Shown here in pieces: positions 42,602 to 53,655 of a stretch of 64,000 bases of DNA (position 1 is the stretch's first letter; each line of letters opens with the position of its first letter). This DNA is from an uncultured Bifidobacteriaceae bacterium (GTDB lineage: Bacteria; Acidobacteriota; Vicinamibacteria; Vicinamibacterales; UBA2999). The position numbers and the translations under genes are program-made. Where the stretch lies: positions 225,327 through 289,326 of the forward strand of contig CAZUGF010000001.1 of the NCBI GenBank assembly GCA_964619705.1, written 5' to 3'. The notes beneath the pieces are model-generated. The model saw only the letters and a list, made by a program, of their open reading frames with translations, was not told where the DNA came from and made no database searches.

Positions 42602-44047
42602 ATGTCCACATCCACCCAAGTCATCGAAGAACTGGCGAACACCGACTACAAGTACGGCTTCGTCACCGACGTCGAGCAGGACATCGTCCCCAAGGGGCTG
42701 AGCGAGGATGTCATCCGGCTCATCTCCGCGAAGAAGGAGGAGCCCGCATGGCTCCTCGACTGGCGCCTCCAGGCGTACCGCCTGTGGCTGAAGATGGCCG
42801 AGCCGGCGTGGCAGAACGTCACGTTCGAGAAGGTCGACTACCAGGGCATCTCCTACTACGCGGCGCCGAAGGAGAAGAAGAAGCTCGGCAGCATGGACGA
42901 AGTGGACCCCGAGATCCGGGCCACGTTCGACAAGCTGGGCATTCCGCTGATCGAGCAGCAGCTGCTGGCCGGCGTCGCGGTGGACGCGGTGTTCGACTCG
43001 GTGTCCGTCGCCACGACGTTCCGGAAGAAGCTGGCCGAGCTCGGGATCATCTTCTGCTCGTTCTCCGAAGCCGTGAAGGACCATCCGGACCTCGTGCGGA
43101 AGTACCTGGGGTCCGTCGTGCCGCACACGGACAATTTCTTCGCCGCGCTCAACTCGGCCGTGTTCACGGATGGCAGCTTCGTCTTCGTGCCGAAGGGCGT
43201 CCGGTGTCCGATGGAGCTCTCCACCTACTTCCGCATCAACGCGAAGGACACGGGGCAGTTCGAGCGGACGCTGATCGTGTGCGAGGAGGGCGCGACCGTG
43301 AGCTATCTCGAGGGCTGCACGGCGCCCAAGCGTGACGAGAACCAGCTGCACGCGGCCGTCGTGGAGCTCGTGGCGCTGGATCGCGCCACCATCAAGTACT
43401 CGACGGTCCAGAACTGGTACCCCGGGGACAAGAACGGCGTCGGCGGCATCTACAACTTCGTCACCAAGCGCGGGCTGTGCAAGGGCGTCGGGAGCAAGAT
43501 CACCTGGACGCAGGTGGAGACCGGCTCCGCCATCACGTGGAAGTACCCGAGCTGCATCCTGCAGGGCGACGACTCGGTGGGCGAGTTCTACTCCGTGGCC
43601 GTCACCAACAACTTCCAGCAGGCCGACACCGGCACGAAGATGATTCATCTCGGCCGGAACACGCGCAGCACCATCGTGTCGAAGGGCATTTCGGCCGGCC
43701 GCGGCCAGAACACCTACCGCGGGGCGGTGAAGATCGGCCGGAAGGCGGTCAACGCCCGGAACTACTCGCAGTGCGACTCGCTGCTCATCGGCGACCGCTG
43801 CGGCGCGCACACGTTCCCGTACCTGGAGATCAAGCACACGTCCGCGAAGGTCGAGCACGAGGCGTCCACGTCGAAGATCGGCGAGGACCAGATCTTCTAC
43901 TGCGAGCAGCGCGGCATCTCCCGCGAGGACGCCATCAACATGATCGTCAGCGGGTTCTGCAAGGACGTCTTCCGCGAGCTCCCGATGGAGTTCGCCGTCG
44001 AGGCCCAGAAGCTCCTCGGCATTTCGCTCGAAGGATCGGTAGGTTAA
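42602..44047 (+). CDS. sufB: Fe-S cluster assembly scaffold SufB
   Basis: 481 aa. N-terminus [41 protein letters not shown], with a highly conserved C-terminal half ([26 protein letters not shown]). Confidence 0.95.
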   Translation: MSTSTQVIEELANTDYKYGFVTDVEQDIVPKGLSEDVIRLISAKKEEPAWLLDWRLQAYRLWLKMAEPAWQNVTFEKVDYQGISYYAAPKEKKKLGSMDEVDPEIRATFDKLGIPLIEQQLLAGVAVDAVFDSVSVATTFRKKLAELGIIFCSFSEAVKDHPDLVRKYLGSVVPHTDNFFAALNSAVFTDGSFVFVPKGVRCPMELSTYFRINAKDTGQFERTLIVCEEGATVSYLEGCTAPKRDENQLHAAVVELVALDRATIKYSTVQNWYPGDKNGVGGIYNFVTKRGLCKGVGSKITWTQVETGSAITWKYPSCILQGDDSVGEFYSVAVTNNFQQADTGTKMIHLGRNTRSTIVSKGISAGRGQNTYRGAVKIGRKAVNARNYSQCDSLLIGDRCGAHTFPYLEIKHTSAKVEHEASTSKIGEDQIFYCEQRGISREDAINMIVSGFCKDVFRELPMEFAVEAQKLLGISLEGSVG

Positions 44048-44052
44048 TCACC

Positions 44053-44808
<756 letters not shown>

Positions 44809-44813
44809 CCGCG

Positions 44814-46199
44814 ATGAGCAGCGTCATCGAGGGCGTTCCCACCGGCCAGGCCCACTATCTCGCCGAACACGCGCGGTTCCTCCGCGGACGCGGAGAGGCG
44901 GCGCCCGCCTGGCTCCAGGCGCTGCGCGAGAAGGCGCGCGTGCGCTTCGAGGGCCTCGGCTTCCCGACCACGCGCCAGGAGGAGTGGCGGTTCACCAACG
45001 TGGCCCCGATCGCGGGGACGCCGTTCACCCTTGCCGAGGGCACGCCGACCAACGCGTCATCCCTGGTGACGCGCACCGGCATTGCCGGCGCGATCCGCGT
45101 GGTCCTGCTGAACGGGCGATTCTCACCCGAGCTGTCACAGCTCGCGGACATGCCGGCGGGCCTCAAGGTGGGGAGCCTGGCCACGGCCATGGCCCAGGGC
45201 GCGCCGGAGTGCGCGGCACTCGGCCGTCAGGTCGCCGACACGCACGCGTTTGCCGCCCTCAACACGGCGTTCCTGGAGGACGGCGCGCTCATCTCCGTCC
45301 GGAAGGGCGCGGTCATCGAGGCGCCCGTGCACGTGATTGTCGCCGCCGGCGGGACGGGCCGCACGATGACGCATCCGCGCGTGCTGCTGCTGGCTGCCGA
45401 GGGCAGCCAGGTGAGCGTGGCGCTGAGTTTCGTCGGGGGGGCCGGCGACGCCCACCTGACCAACGCCGTCATCGAGGCCTCCGTCGCGGAGCGGGCCGTG
45501 GTCGACTGCTCGCTGGACCAGCGTGAGACCGACGCGGCCTACCACGTGAACACGCTGCACGTGCATACCGCGCGCAGCAGCACGTTCCGCCTCCGCACGA
45601 TCACGCTCGGCGGACGCCTCGTGCGCAACGACGCCACGGCCGTCCTGGGCGGCGCCGGCGCCCACGTGGACATCGATGGCTGCTACCTGGCCGACGGTCA
45701 GAGCCTGGTGGATAACCACACGACCATCGATCACGCCGAGCCGCACTGCACGAGCCACGAACTCTACAAGGGCATCCTGGACGGCAAGGCGCGGGCCGTG
45801 TTCAACGGGCGCATCATCGTGCGCCTCGACGCGCAGAAGACCGACTCCAAGCAGACGAACCGGGCCCTGCTGCTCTCCGACGACGCGACGATGAACTCGA
45901 ACCCGCAGCTCGAGATCTTCGCCGACGACGTGAAGTGCACGCACGGCGCGGCGGTGGGGCAGCTCGACGACGAGGCGATGTTCTACCTGCAGGCGCGGGG
46001 CCTCACGGCCGAGGATGCGCGCGACATGCTGATTCGCGCGTACGCGGGGGAAGTGCTGCAGCGGATTGCGATTCCCGAGCTGAGGGCGCAGCTCGAGCGC
46101 GACCTCTTCGTGCAGCTCGATCGCGACCTGGCGGCCCACGCCGTGTCCGCGCCGGCCGCGCGGGACCGGGCCACGGCCGGCGCCGGAACGGACCGGTGA
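44814..46199 (+). CDS. sufD: Fe-S cluster assembly protein SufD
   Basis: 461 aa with the motif TTRQEEWRFTNV. The C-terminal beta-helix region is homologous to SufB (FNGRIIVRLDAQKTDSKQTNRALLLS). Confidence 0.9.
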   Translation: MSSVIEGVPTGQAHYLAEHARFLRGRGEAAPAWLQALREKARVRFEGLGFPTTRQEEWRFTNVAPIAGTPFTLAEGTPTNASSLVTRTGIAGAIRVVLLNGRFSPELSQLADMPAGLKVGSLATAMAQGAPECAALGRQVADTHAFAALNTAFLEDGALISVRKGAVIEAPVHVIVAAGGTGRTMTHPRVLLLAAEGSQVSVALSFVGGAGDAHLTNAVIEASVAERAVVDCSLDQRETDAAYHVNTLHVHTARSSTFRLRTITLGGRLVRNDATAVLGGAGAHVDIDGCYLADGQSLVDNHTTIDHAEPHCTSHELYKGILDGKARAVFNGRIIVRLDAQKTDSKQTNRALLLSDDATMNSNPQLEIFADDVKCTHGAAVGQLDDEAMFYLQARGLTAEDARDMLIRAYAGEVLQRIAIPELRAQLERDLFVQLDRDLAAHAVSAPAARDRATAGAGTDR

Positions 46200-46201
46200 A
46201 C

Positions 46202-47434
46202 ATGGCGATTGCCCACGATCTCGACGTGCGGGCCATCCGTGCGGACTTCCCGATACTCGCCACCGAGGTCCACGGGAAGCCCCTCGTGTACCTCGACAAC
46301 GCCGCGACGACGCAGAAGCCGCGGGCCGTCCTGGACGCCATCGCCGGCTACTACACGGCCAGCAACGCCAACGTGCACCGTGGCGTCCACTACCTGAGCG
46401 GCCGGGCGACGGACCTCTTCGAGGCCGCGCGCCTCAACATCGCCGGCTTCATCGGCGCGAAGGACCCCGCCGAGATCGTCTTCACGCGGAACGCGACCGA
46501 GGGCATCAACCTCGTGGCGCAGACCTGGGGCCGGGCCCACGTGCAGGCGGGCGACGAGGTGCTCATCTCCGCCATGGAGCACCATTCGAACATCGTCCCG
46601 TGGCAGCTGCTCTGCGAGGAGAAGGGCGCCACCCTGCGGGTCATCCCCATGTTCGACTCCGGGGAGCTGGACATGGAGGCGTACGCCCGCCTCCTGACGC
46701 CGCGCACGCGCATCGTCTCGGTGACGGCGATGTCGAACGCGCTCGGCACGGTGAACCCTGTCGCGGAGATCGCGCGGGCCGCGCATGCGGCGGGCGCCGT
46801 GGTCCTCGTGGACGGCGCGCAGGCGGCGTACCACATGCCGATCGACGTGCAGGCCATCGGCTGCGACTTCTTCGTGCTCACCGGGCACAAGGTGTACGGA
46901 CCGACGGGGATTGGCGTGCTGTACGGACGGCAGGCACTCCTGGAGGCGATGCCGCCCTGGCAGGGCGGCGGGGACATGATCAGCACGGTGACCTTCGAGC
47001 GGTCCACGTGGAACGTGCTCCCGTACAAGTTCGAGGCCGGCACGCCCCATATCGAAGGGGCGATCGGGCTCGGCGCCGCCGTGGACTACGTCACCGCGAT
47101 CGGGATGGACCGCATTCAGGCGCACGAGCAGGCGCTCCTCGCCTACGGCACCGAGGCGCTCCAGACAGTCCCCGGCCTGCGGCTGATCGGTACGGCGCCG
47201 CGGAAGGCGAGCATCCTGTCGTTCGTGATCGACGGGATCCACCCGCACGATATCGGGACCATCGTGGACCGCCAGGGCGTGGCCATCCGCACGGGACATC
47301 ACTGCGCACAGCCCGTGATGGATCGCCTGGGGATTCCGGCCACCGCGCGGGCGTCGCTCGCCATGTACAACACGCGGGAGGACCTCGACGCGCTGGCGGC
47401 TGCACTGCGGCACGCGCGCGAGGTGTTCGGCTGA
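46202..47434 (+). CDS. sufS: Cysteine desulfurase SufS (group II)
   Basis: Motifs: IRADFPIL, VYLDNAATTQKP, PLP-Lys LTGHKVYGPTG and active-site RTGHHCAQP. Confidence 0.92.
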   Translation: MAIAHDLDVRAIRADFPILATEVHGKPLVYLDNAATTQKPRAVLDAIAGYYTASNANVHRGVHYLSGRATDLFEAARLNIAGFIGAKDPAEIVFTRNATEGINLVAQTWGRAHVQAGDEVLISAMEHHSNIVPWQLLCEEKGATLRVIPMFDSGELDMEAYARLLTPRTRIVSVTAMSNALGTVNPVAEIARAAHAAGAVVLVDGAQAAYHMPIDVQAIGCDFFVLTGHKVYGPTGIGVLYGRQALLEAMPPWQGGGDMISTVTFERSTWNVLPYKFEAGTPHIEGAIGLGAAVDYVTAIGMDRIQAHEQALLAYGTEALQTVPGLRLIGTAPRKASILSFVIDGIHPHDIGTIVDRQGVAIRTGHHCAQPVMDRLGIPATARASLAMYNTREDLDALAAALRHAREVFG

Positions 47435-47883
47435 TGTCGGAGCTGACGGATCTCTACCAGGAGGTCATCCTGGACCACAACCGCCGGCCGCGGAACTTCC
47501 GCGTCATCGAGCCGGCGAGTACCGCCCAGGAGGGCTACAACCCGCTCTGCGGGGACCGGCTCACGCTGTACCTGACGGTGCGCGATGGCATCATCGACGA
47601 TATCGCGTTCCAGGGGTCCGGTTGCGCCATCTCGAAGGCGTCTGCCTCCCTCATGACCGAGGCGGTCAAGGGCAGGACGGTGGACGAGGCGCGCGCGCTC
47701 TTCGAGACGTTTCACGACATGATCACGTCGCCGCCGGGAAGCGCGCTGCCCGAGATGGGCAAGCTCGCGGTGCTCTCGGGCATCCGCGACTTTCCGACCC
47801 GCGTCAAGTGCGCGGGCCTGGCCTGGCACACGCTGAAGGCCGCCGTGTCCGGCCACCCCGGCGGGCCCGTCACGACGGAGTAA
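47434..47883 (+). CDS. sufU: SufU-type Fe-S/sulfur transfer protein
   Basis: TGATG overlap with sufS. All three Cys are present (NPLCGD, GSGCAISKASASLM, RVKCAGLAW). It has Lys rather than His before the third Cys, as in SufU. Confidence 0.88.
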   Translation: MSELTDLYQEVILDHNRRPRNFRVIEPASTAQEGYNPLCGDRLTLYLTVRDGIIDDIAFQGSGCAISKASASLMTEAVKGRTVDEARALFETFHDMITSPPGSALPEMGKLAVLSGIRDFPTRVKCAGLAWHTLKAAVSGHPGGPVTTE

Positions 47884-47937
47884 GGTCACGCCGCGATGGC
47901 GGGCTCCTGCCCCGGCATCGCGCACGAGTGGAGCAGC

Positions 47938-48348
47938 ATGAACGAAAGGTTCCTTCCCATGATGCCGATGGGTGGCTTCGACGAGTCCCCGGCGAACGAG
48001 TCGTCCGAGTCCGTGGCTGACATCGTGTCCGACCCGCTCAAGACAGCGGAGCTCGGGCCCCGAATCATCGATGCGCTGCGGACCGTCTACGATCCTGAGA
48101 TTCCCGTCAACATCTACGAGCTCGGCCTCATCTACGACGTGCTCGTGGACGCGGGTGCCCAGGTCGGCGTGAGGATGACGCTGACGGCGCCTGCGTGTCC
48201 GGCGGCGCAGTCGCTGCCGGTCGAGGTCAAGGAAAAGGCCGCGGCGGTGCCCGGGGTCACGAGCGCGAAGGTGGAAGTGGTCTGGGATCCGCCGTGGTCG
48301 AAGGACCGCATGACGGACGCGGCCAAGCTGCAGCTCGGGATCTTCTGA
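47938..48348 (+). CDS. sufT: DUF59/SufT-like Fe-S assembly protein
   Basis: Motifs DPEIPVNIYELGLIY and TLTAPACPAA. An upstream in-frame start at 47896 is possible. Confidence 0.8.
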   Translation: MNERFLPMMPMGGFDESPANESSESVADIVSDPLKTAELGPRIIDALRTVYDPEIPVNIYELGLIYDVLVDAGAQVGVRMTLTAPACPAAQSLPVEVKEKAAAVPGVTSAKVEVVWDPPWSKDRMTDAAKLQLGIF

Positions 48349-48351
48349 CCG

Positions 48352-48837
48352 CTACTGCGTGCAGCGCGGCGCCGCAACGCGGACGCCCTGCATGACCAGC
48401 GCGCGGTACTCCGCGATCTCCTGTTCGCACTTCGACTTCGTGCCCCGCTGCATCAACTGGCCGATGGCCCACACCGCGACGCTCGACAGCGGCACGGTGG
48501 GCGATCGGTACGCCTGCGGCGTCAGGTGATTGAGGAAGTCTCCGTGCGTCGGCGCGCCGTACTGCAGGGGCTGGCCCTGGCCGATGTCGAAGCCTTCGAG
48601 GATGTCGATGCGCGGCGCCGTCCCGAACACCTGCACCTGATACTCGAGTTTGAGCGGCGACTCGGAGCGCTGTTCCTTCGCTTCCTCGAAGCGCAGCCCC
48701 CTGACGATGCGCTCGAGCGAGATGCCCATCTTCGACGGATCCACCTGTGGCGTGGCCTCGGCGGGCGGGGCCGGCGTCTGCGCGGGCGACGGGACGGCCG
48801 CGCCCAGGAGACACAGAAGAGTCAGGACGACCCGCAT
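48352..48837 (-). CDS. Secreted hypothetical protein
   Basis: Signal peptide MRVVLTLLCLLGAAVPSPAQ. No family recognised. It is convergent with sufT across a 3-nt gap. Confidence 0.5.
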   Translation of the reverse strand: MRVVLTLLCLLGAAVPSPAQTPAPPAEATPQVDPSKMGISLERIVRGLRFEEAKEQRSESPLKLEYQVQVFGTAPRIDILEGFDIGQGQPLQYGAPTHGDFLNHLTPQAYRSPTVPLSSVAVWAIGQLMQRGTKSKCEQEIAEYRALVMQGVRVAAPRCTQ

Positions 48838-48899
48838 GTCCTCATTATGACGCCTCGGCGCCGCGTCCGGCCGGCGCGCAAGGCTGGTATCCTGTCCTG

Positions 48900-49727
48900 A
48901 TGCGTATAGTCGTTGCCCACAGTCCTGATTCCGATGACGCCTTCATGCACTACGGGTTGGCGAGCGGCAAGGTCCCGCACGAGGGCCTCGAGTTCGAGCA
49001 CCTCCTGGCGGACATCCAGACGCTCAACGACGCGGCGTTCCAGGGCACCTACGAAGTGAGTGCCGTCTCGTTCCACGCCTACGCGCACCTCGCGGACAAG
49101 TACCTGCTGCTCCCGCACGGGTCGTCGATGGGTGACAACTACGGCCCGGTCGTGGTCGCACGGCAGGACGGGCCCTCGACGCTCGACGGGGTCAACGTGG
49201 CCGTACCGGGCCTCCTGACCACGGCCCTGCTTGGGCTGCGCCTGTTCAAGCCGGACGTGGCATACACGGTGATGCCCTTCGACCAGATCCAGGAAGCGGT
49301 CATCGATGGCCGCGTCCAGGCGGGCCTGCTGATCCACGAGGGACAGCTCACCTACGGCGACGACGGGCTGAAGAAGATCGTGGACCTCGGCGAATGGTGG
49401 AACGAGCGGACGGGCGGCCTGCCGCTGCCGCTCGGCGGCAACGTCATCCGCCGGGATCTCGGGCCCGAGATGGTGACCAAGGTGTCCCGTATCCTGCGCG
49501 CGTCGATCGCCTATGCGCTCGACCATCGCGATGAGGCCCTGGACTACGCGCTCCAGTACGGCCGCGGGCTCGACCGCGCGAGTGCGGACCGGTTCGTCGG
49601 CATGTACGTGAACGAGCTGACGCTGGACTACGGCGACCGCGGGCGGGAAGCCGTGCAGCGGCTGTTCGACGAGGCCTTCGAGAAGGGCGTCCTGCCGTCG
49701 CACATCGTCGCGGAGTTCAGCGCCTAG
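48900..49727 (+). CDS. MqnA/MqnD-family menaquinone (futalosine pathway) enzyme, MqnD-like
   Basis: The ATG at 48900 lies within a longer ORF. It is colinear, from memory, with Thermus MqnD (HSPDSDDAF...LLIHEGQLTY...DLGEWWNERTGGLPLPLGGNVIRRDLG...EALDYA). Confidence 0.8.
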   Translation: MRIVVAHSPDSDDAFMHYGLASGKVPHEGLEFEHLLADIQTLNDAAFQGTYEVSAVSFHAYAHLADKYLLLPHGSSMGDNYGPVVVARQDGPSTLDGVNVAVPGLLTTALLGLRLFKPDVAYTVMPFDQIQEAVIDGRVQAGLLIHEGQLTYGDDGLKKIVDLGEWWNERTGGLPLPLGGNVIRRDLGPEMVTKVSRILRASIAYALDHRDEALDYALQYGRGLDRASADRFVGMYVNELTLDYGDRGREAVQRLFDEAFEKGVLPSHIVAEFSA

Positions 49728-49843
49728 TCCGGATTCCGGGAGGCCCGTTGCCGGGCGTCGCTCGGCGCGCGCGGTGCCGATTCCGGGAGATCAGCGGCTT
49801 CCCCGGGCACCTGCGGCCGGCGCCTGATAGAATCGCCCCGCCC

Positions 49844-52135
49844 GTGCCCGTCCGCCGCTACGCCCTTGCGTTCTGTCTCGCGGTCTGTGCCTCGGAGGCT
49901 GCCTACGGCCAGTCCGGGCCCGTGTGGCTGGGCCCCACGCCCATCGCGCCGGACGTGTTCGCGCGCGACGACCAGGGCCGGATCACGCTGCGGGCCACCC
50001 GCCTCACCACGCCGCTGTCGATTGACGGCGCGCTTGACGAGAGCGCGTATCGCGACGTGCAGCCCATCGATCACTTCGTGCAGCAGGAGCCGCTCGAGGG
50101 CCAGCCGGCGACCGAGCGGACCCTGGCCTGGCTCTTCTACGATGACGAGCACTTCTATGTGAGCGTGCGGGCCTTCGATTCGGCCCCTGAGCGCCTGGTG
50201 GCCAACGAACTGCGTCGCGACAGCTTCAACATCTTCCAGAACGACAACATCACCATCAGCATCGATCCGCTGTACACGCGGCGCAGCGGCGTGTTCTTCC
50301 AGACCAACGCGCTCGGCGCGCAGCGCGACCAGGAAGTGCAGGACGAGCGGAGCAACAACAACGACTGGAACACGATCTGGTCCACGCGCGCGCGCATCCT
50401 GGCGGACGGCTGGTCGATGGAGTTCGCCATCCCGTTCACGTCGCTCCGGTACCGCGAGGCCGGTCCGCAGGTCTGGGGGTTCAACCTCCGTCGCGTCGTC
50501 CGATGGAAGAACGAGCACGTGATGATCGCGCCCGTGCCCGCGTCAGCCACCGTGCGCGCGATGTACAAGTTCGACGTCTTCGCCACCCTCATCGGTGTGG
50601 AGACGCCGTCACAGCGGCGGCCGCTCGACGTCAAGCCGTACGCCATCGCCGCGATGACGACGAACCTGGCGGCGCGCGAGCCGTTCCGGAACGATCCCTC
50701 CGCCGACGCCGGATTCGACGTCAAGTACGGCGTGACCAACAGCCTCGTCGCGGACGTCACCTACCGTACGGACTTCGCGCAGGTCGAGGAGGACCAGCAG
50801 CAGGTCAACCTGACGCGCTTCAGCCTGTTCTTCCCGGAGAAGCGCGACTTCTTCCTGGAGGGCCAGGGCCTGTTCAGCTTCGGCGGGGAGCAGCGCGGCG
50901 GCGGCGGGGGCGGCCAGACGTCCGCCCGCACGAGCGCGCCGGCGCTGACGCCGGTGGTGTTCTACAGCCGGCGCATCGGTCTCGGTCCGTCCGGCGAGGT
51001 GCCCATCCTGGCCGGCGGGCGGCTGGCCGGCCGCGCCGGCAAGTTCAGCGTCGGCCTGCTGAACATCCAGACCGAGGCCGCGGATCTCGATCAGGTGCCC
51101 TCCACCAACTTCTCCGTCGTGCGGCTCCGGCGCGATGTCCTGCGCCGCAGCAACCTCGGCGTGGTCTTCACGAACCGGCACGCCGACGGACAGCCGGCCA
51201 ACACGGTGATGGGCGCGGATGCCAACTTCTGGTTCTACCAGAACGTCGTGATGACCGGCTTCTACGCGCGATCCAGTGGATCGGCACCGGGCGGCGGCGC
51301 GCCTGCGTCTGACGACCGCGCCAGCTATCGCGGTGAGTTCGAGTATACGGGCGATCGCTACGGCGCCCGCTACGAGCACCTCGTCGTCGGCGCCGGCTTC
51401 CGTCCGGAGGTGGGGTTCCTGCGCCGCCAGGCCTTCCGCCGCAACTACGCGCAGCTGCGATTCAGCCCACGCCCGGCGTCCGGGCCCATCCGCAAGCACT
51501 TCATCGAGGCCGACTTCGACTACATCGCCGGCCGCGACGGCGTCCTCGAGACACGGGAAGCGAAGATTGCCTATCGCTTCGAACTCAACAACAACGACCA
51601 GTGGGGGATCGACTACTCCGACAACTACGAGTTCCTGCGCACGCGGTTCGAGGTCGTGCCCGGCAAGGTCATCCCGCCGGGCGCCTACGACTTCGGCGAC
51701 GTGCGCTCGACCTACTCCTTCGGGCCTCACCGCCGCGCGTTCGGGTCGGTCACGGTCGGGCACGGCAGCTTCTACGGCGGGCACAATACGGAGGCGGGCA
51801 TCCGCGGCACGGTGGAGATCTCACCCCGCTTCAACGTGGAACCGTCGATCGGGACGAACTGGATCGACATCCCCGCGGGCCCGTTCCGGACGACGGTCGT
51901 CAGCACGCGGACCACGTTCATGTTCTCGCCGCGGATGGCCCTGAGCGCCTTCCTGCAGTACAACTCGACGGCCGCGTCCTTCGGATCGAGCGTGCGCTAC
52001 CGCTGGGAGTACCGGCCGGGCAGCGACGTGTTCGTCGTCTACAGCGACGGGAGGAACACGGCGATCGGCGATCGGTTCCCGGAACTCGTGAACCGCACGT
52101 TCGTGGTCAAGCTCACGCGCCTGTTCCGCTTCTGA
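49844..52135 (+). CDS. Outer-membrane DUF5916 / CBM9-like domain protein
   Basis: The GTG at 49844 gives a signal peptide (VPVRRYALAFCLAVCASEAAYGQ). It has a CBM9-like N-domain (LSIDGALDESAYRDVQPIDHFVQQEP...FYVSVRAFD) and a long beta-rich C-terminus ending in F. Confidence 0.65.
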   Translation: MPVRRYALAFCLAVCASEAAYGQSGPVWLGPTPIAPDVFARDDQGRITLRATRLTTPLSIDGALDESAYRDVQPIDHFVQQEPLEGQPATERTLAWLFYDDEHFYVSVRAFDSAPERLVANELRRDSFNIFQNDNITISIDPLYTRRSGVFFQTNALGAQRDQEVQDERSNNNDWNTIWSTRARILADGWSMEFAIPFTSLRYREAGPQVWGFNLRRVVRWKNEHVMIAPVPASATVRAMYKFDVFATLIGVETPSQRRPLDVKPYAIAAMTTNLAAREPFRNDPSADAGFDVKYGVTNSLVADVTYRTDFAQVEEDQQQVNLTRFSLFFPEKRDFFLEGQGLFSFGGEQRGGGGGGQTSARTSAPALTPVVFYSRRIGLGPSGEVPILAGGRLAGRAGKFSVGLLNIQTEAADLDQVPSTNFSVVRLRRDVLRRSNLGVVFTNRHADGQPANTVMGADANFWFYQNVVMTGFYARSSGSAPGGGAPASDDRASYRGEFEYTGDRYGARYEHLVVGAGFRPEVGFLRRQAFRRNYAQLRFSPRPASGPIRKHFIEADFDYIAGRDGVLETREAKIAYRFELNNNDQWGIDYSDNYEFLRTRFEVVPGKVIPPGAYDFGDVRSTYSFGPHRRAFGSVTVGHGSFYGGHNTEAGIRGTVEISPRFNVEPSIGTNWIDIPAGPFRTTVVSTRTTFMFSPRMALSAFLQYNSTAASFGSSVRYRWEYRPGSDVFVVYSDGRNTAIGDRFPELVNRTFVVKLTRLFRF

Positions 52136-52910
52136 CGGCCTGTCCGAGCAGGTCATGAATCTGCCGGACGCCCTCCGTCAACGCGGCCGGGCCCGGCTGG
52201 AGGATGAACGCGGACTTCACCTCGTGGATCTGCCCGTTCCGTACGGCCGGGATCTGATCCCACCCGGGCCGTGCCGCGATCTTCTCGCGCCGGACAGGCT
52301 TGCCGCACCAGGACCCGATGATGACGTCCGGCTGCGCCGCAATCACGTCGTCGCTCGTCACGATGCGATCCTTCGCGAGCTTTGCACGCCGGCGATCGGG
52401 AAAGACCGGGTCGCCGCCGGCGATGTCCACCAGCTCCTCGACCCACTGGATGCCGCTGATGAGCGGGTCGTACCACTCCTCGAAGTAGACGCGCGGCCGT
52501 CGCGGGAACGCCGCCGCCGACTCCCGCACCGACGCCAGTCCCGCATCGAGCCTGTTCGCCAGGGCCTCACCCTTCTCCCCGGCACCGACGATGCCGCCGA
52601 GCACGCGGATCATCTGCAGGATCTCCTGGACGCTCCGCTGGTTGAACGTGAACACGGTATAGCCGCGCGCCACGAGGTCCGTCGTGATCCCGGCCTGGAG
52701 ATCGGAGAAGGCGAGCACGAGATCGGGATCGAGCGCCTCGATCTTCTCGTAGCGCGCGTGCAGGTAGGAGGAGACCTTCGGCTTCTGCCGCGCTTCGGGC
52801 GGTCGCACCGTGTACCCGCTCACGCCGACGACGCGGTCGCCTTCGCCGAGCAGGTAGAGGGTCTCGGTGGTCTCTTCGGTCAGGCAGACGATGCGCTGTG
52901 GATAGGGCAT
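52113..52910 (-). CDS. Cytoplasmic BtuF-like (cobalamin-binding-type) periplasmic-binding-fold protein without signal peptide
   Basis: Homology starts at the ATG at 52910 (MPYPQRIVCLTEETTETLYLLGEGDRVVGVSGY) with no hydrophobic leader. It has a class III PBP pattern (PDLVLAF...YFEEWYDP...PDVIIGSWCG). Confidence 0.7.
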   Translation of the reverse strand: MPYPQRIVCLTEETTETLYLLGEGDRVVGVSGYTVRPPEARQKPKVSSYLHARYEKIEALDPDLVLAFSDLQAGITTDLVARGYTVFTFNQRSVQEILQMIRVLGGIVGAGEKGEALANRLDAGLASVRESAAAFPRRPRVYFEEWYDPLISGIQWVEELVDIAGGDPVFPDRRRAKLAKDRIVTSDDVIAAQPDVIIGSWCGKPVRREKIAARPGWDQIPAVRNGQIHEVKSAFILQPGPAALTEGVRQIHDLLGQAVRSGTGA

Positions 52911-52914
52911 GGGC

Positions 52915-53628
52915 TCAATCGTGAACGAGTGGGCGCCTGGCGCCCGATTCGGGTGGGGTGAGGACGAGGTCGCAGCACGCAAAGCCGTCCCGGTCCACGG
53001 CCTCGCCCGTGGCGACGGGAATCGTCCGGCTGAACATCGGGCCGGCGAAGGCGAACGTGTGGAACTCACCGCGTTCGCCGCAGGGGTCCACGTCCGGCGG
53101 CAGGTCGCGGAGCAGGTCCGCGTCGAATGTCCGGCCCGCGAAGGACCGGTCCAGACGCCGCGTGTCGAGGCACGTGATCCGTGCCCGGAGTCCCTCCGCG
53201 ATCATCGTCCGCGCCAGGTCACTCGTCGTGGCGGTGTGCCACAACGGGAAGAGCGGCGTGAGGCCAATCGCGGCCATGCGCTCCTCGCGGTAGCCCCGGA
53301 CATCCTCCAGGAAGAGATCGCCGAAGGCCACGTGCGTGACACCCTGGCCGCGGTGTTCGGCCAGCGCATCGGCCATCCGCCGTTCGTACTCCGCATTCGG
53401 ACACGGCCACGGCAGCGGCACGACGTGCAGCGGGAGCCCCGCCGCCTCCGCCTGTGCCTCGAGCAGCCTGCGGCGGACGCCATGGGATGTCACGTGTCCG
53501 GTCACCGCGTCCGTCGTGGTCAGCAGTCCGACGACGAGGCCCGGGTGATCCCGGCGGAGGACGTGGAGCATCCAGGCCGAGTCCTTGCCCGACGACCACG
53601 ACACGAGGATGTGAGCCAGCTGTGCCAT
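52915..53628 (-). CDS. PP-loop ATP pyrophosphatase of the ATP_bind_4 (Dph6/MJ0570-like) family
   Basis: PP-loop ILVSWSSGKDSAWML, with the C-terminal motif GERGEFHTF typical of the family. Confidence 0.7.
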   Translation of the reverse strand: MAQLAHILVSWSSGKDSAWMLHVLRRDHPGLVVGLLTTTDAVTGHVTSHGVRRRLLEAQAEAAGLPLHVVPLPWPCPNAEYERRMADALAEHRGQGVTHVAFGDLFLEDVRGYREERMAAIGLTPLFPLWHTATTSDLARTMIAEGLRARITCLDTRRLDRSFAGRTFDADLLRDLPPDVDPCGERGEFHTFAFAGPMFSRTIPVATGEAVDRDGFACCDLVLTPPESGARRPLVHD

Positions 53629-53655
53629 AATCCGCGCTGCCGATCAGGAGGCCCC

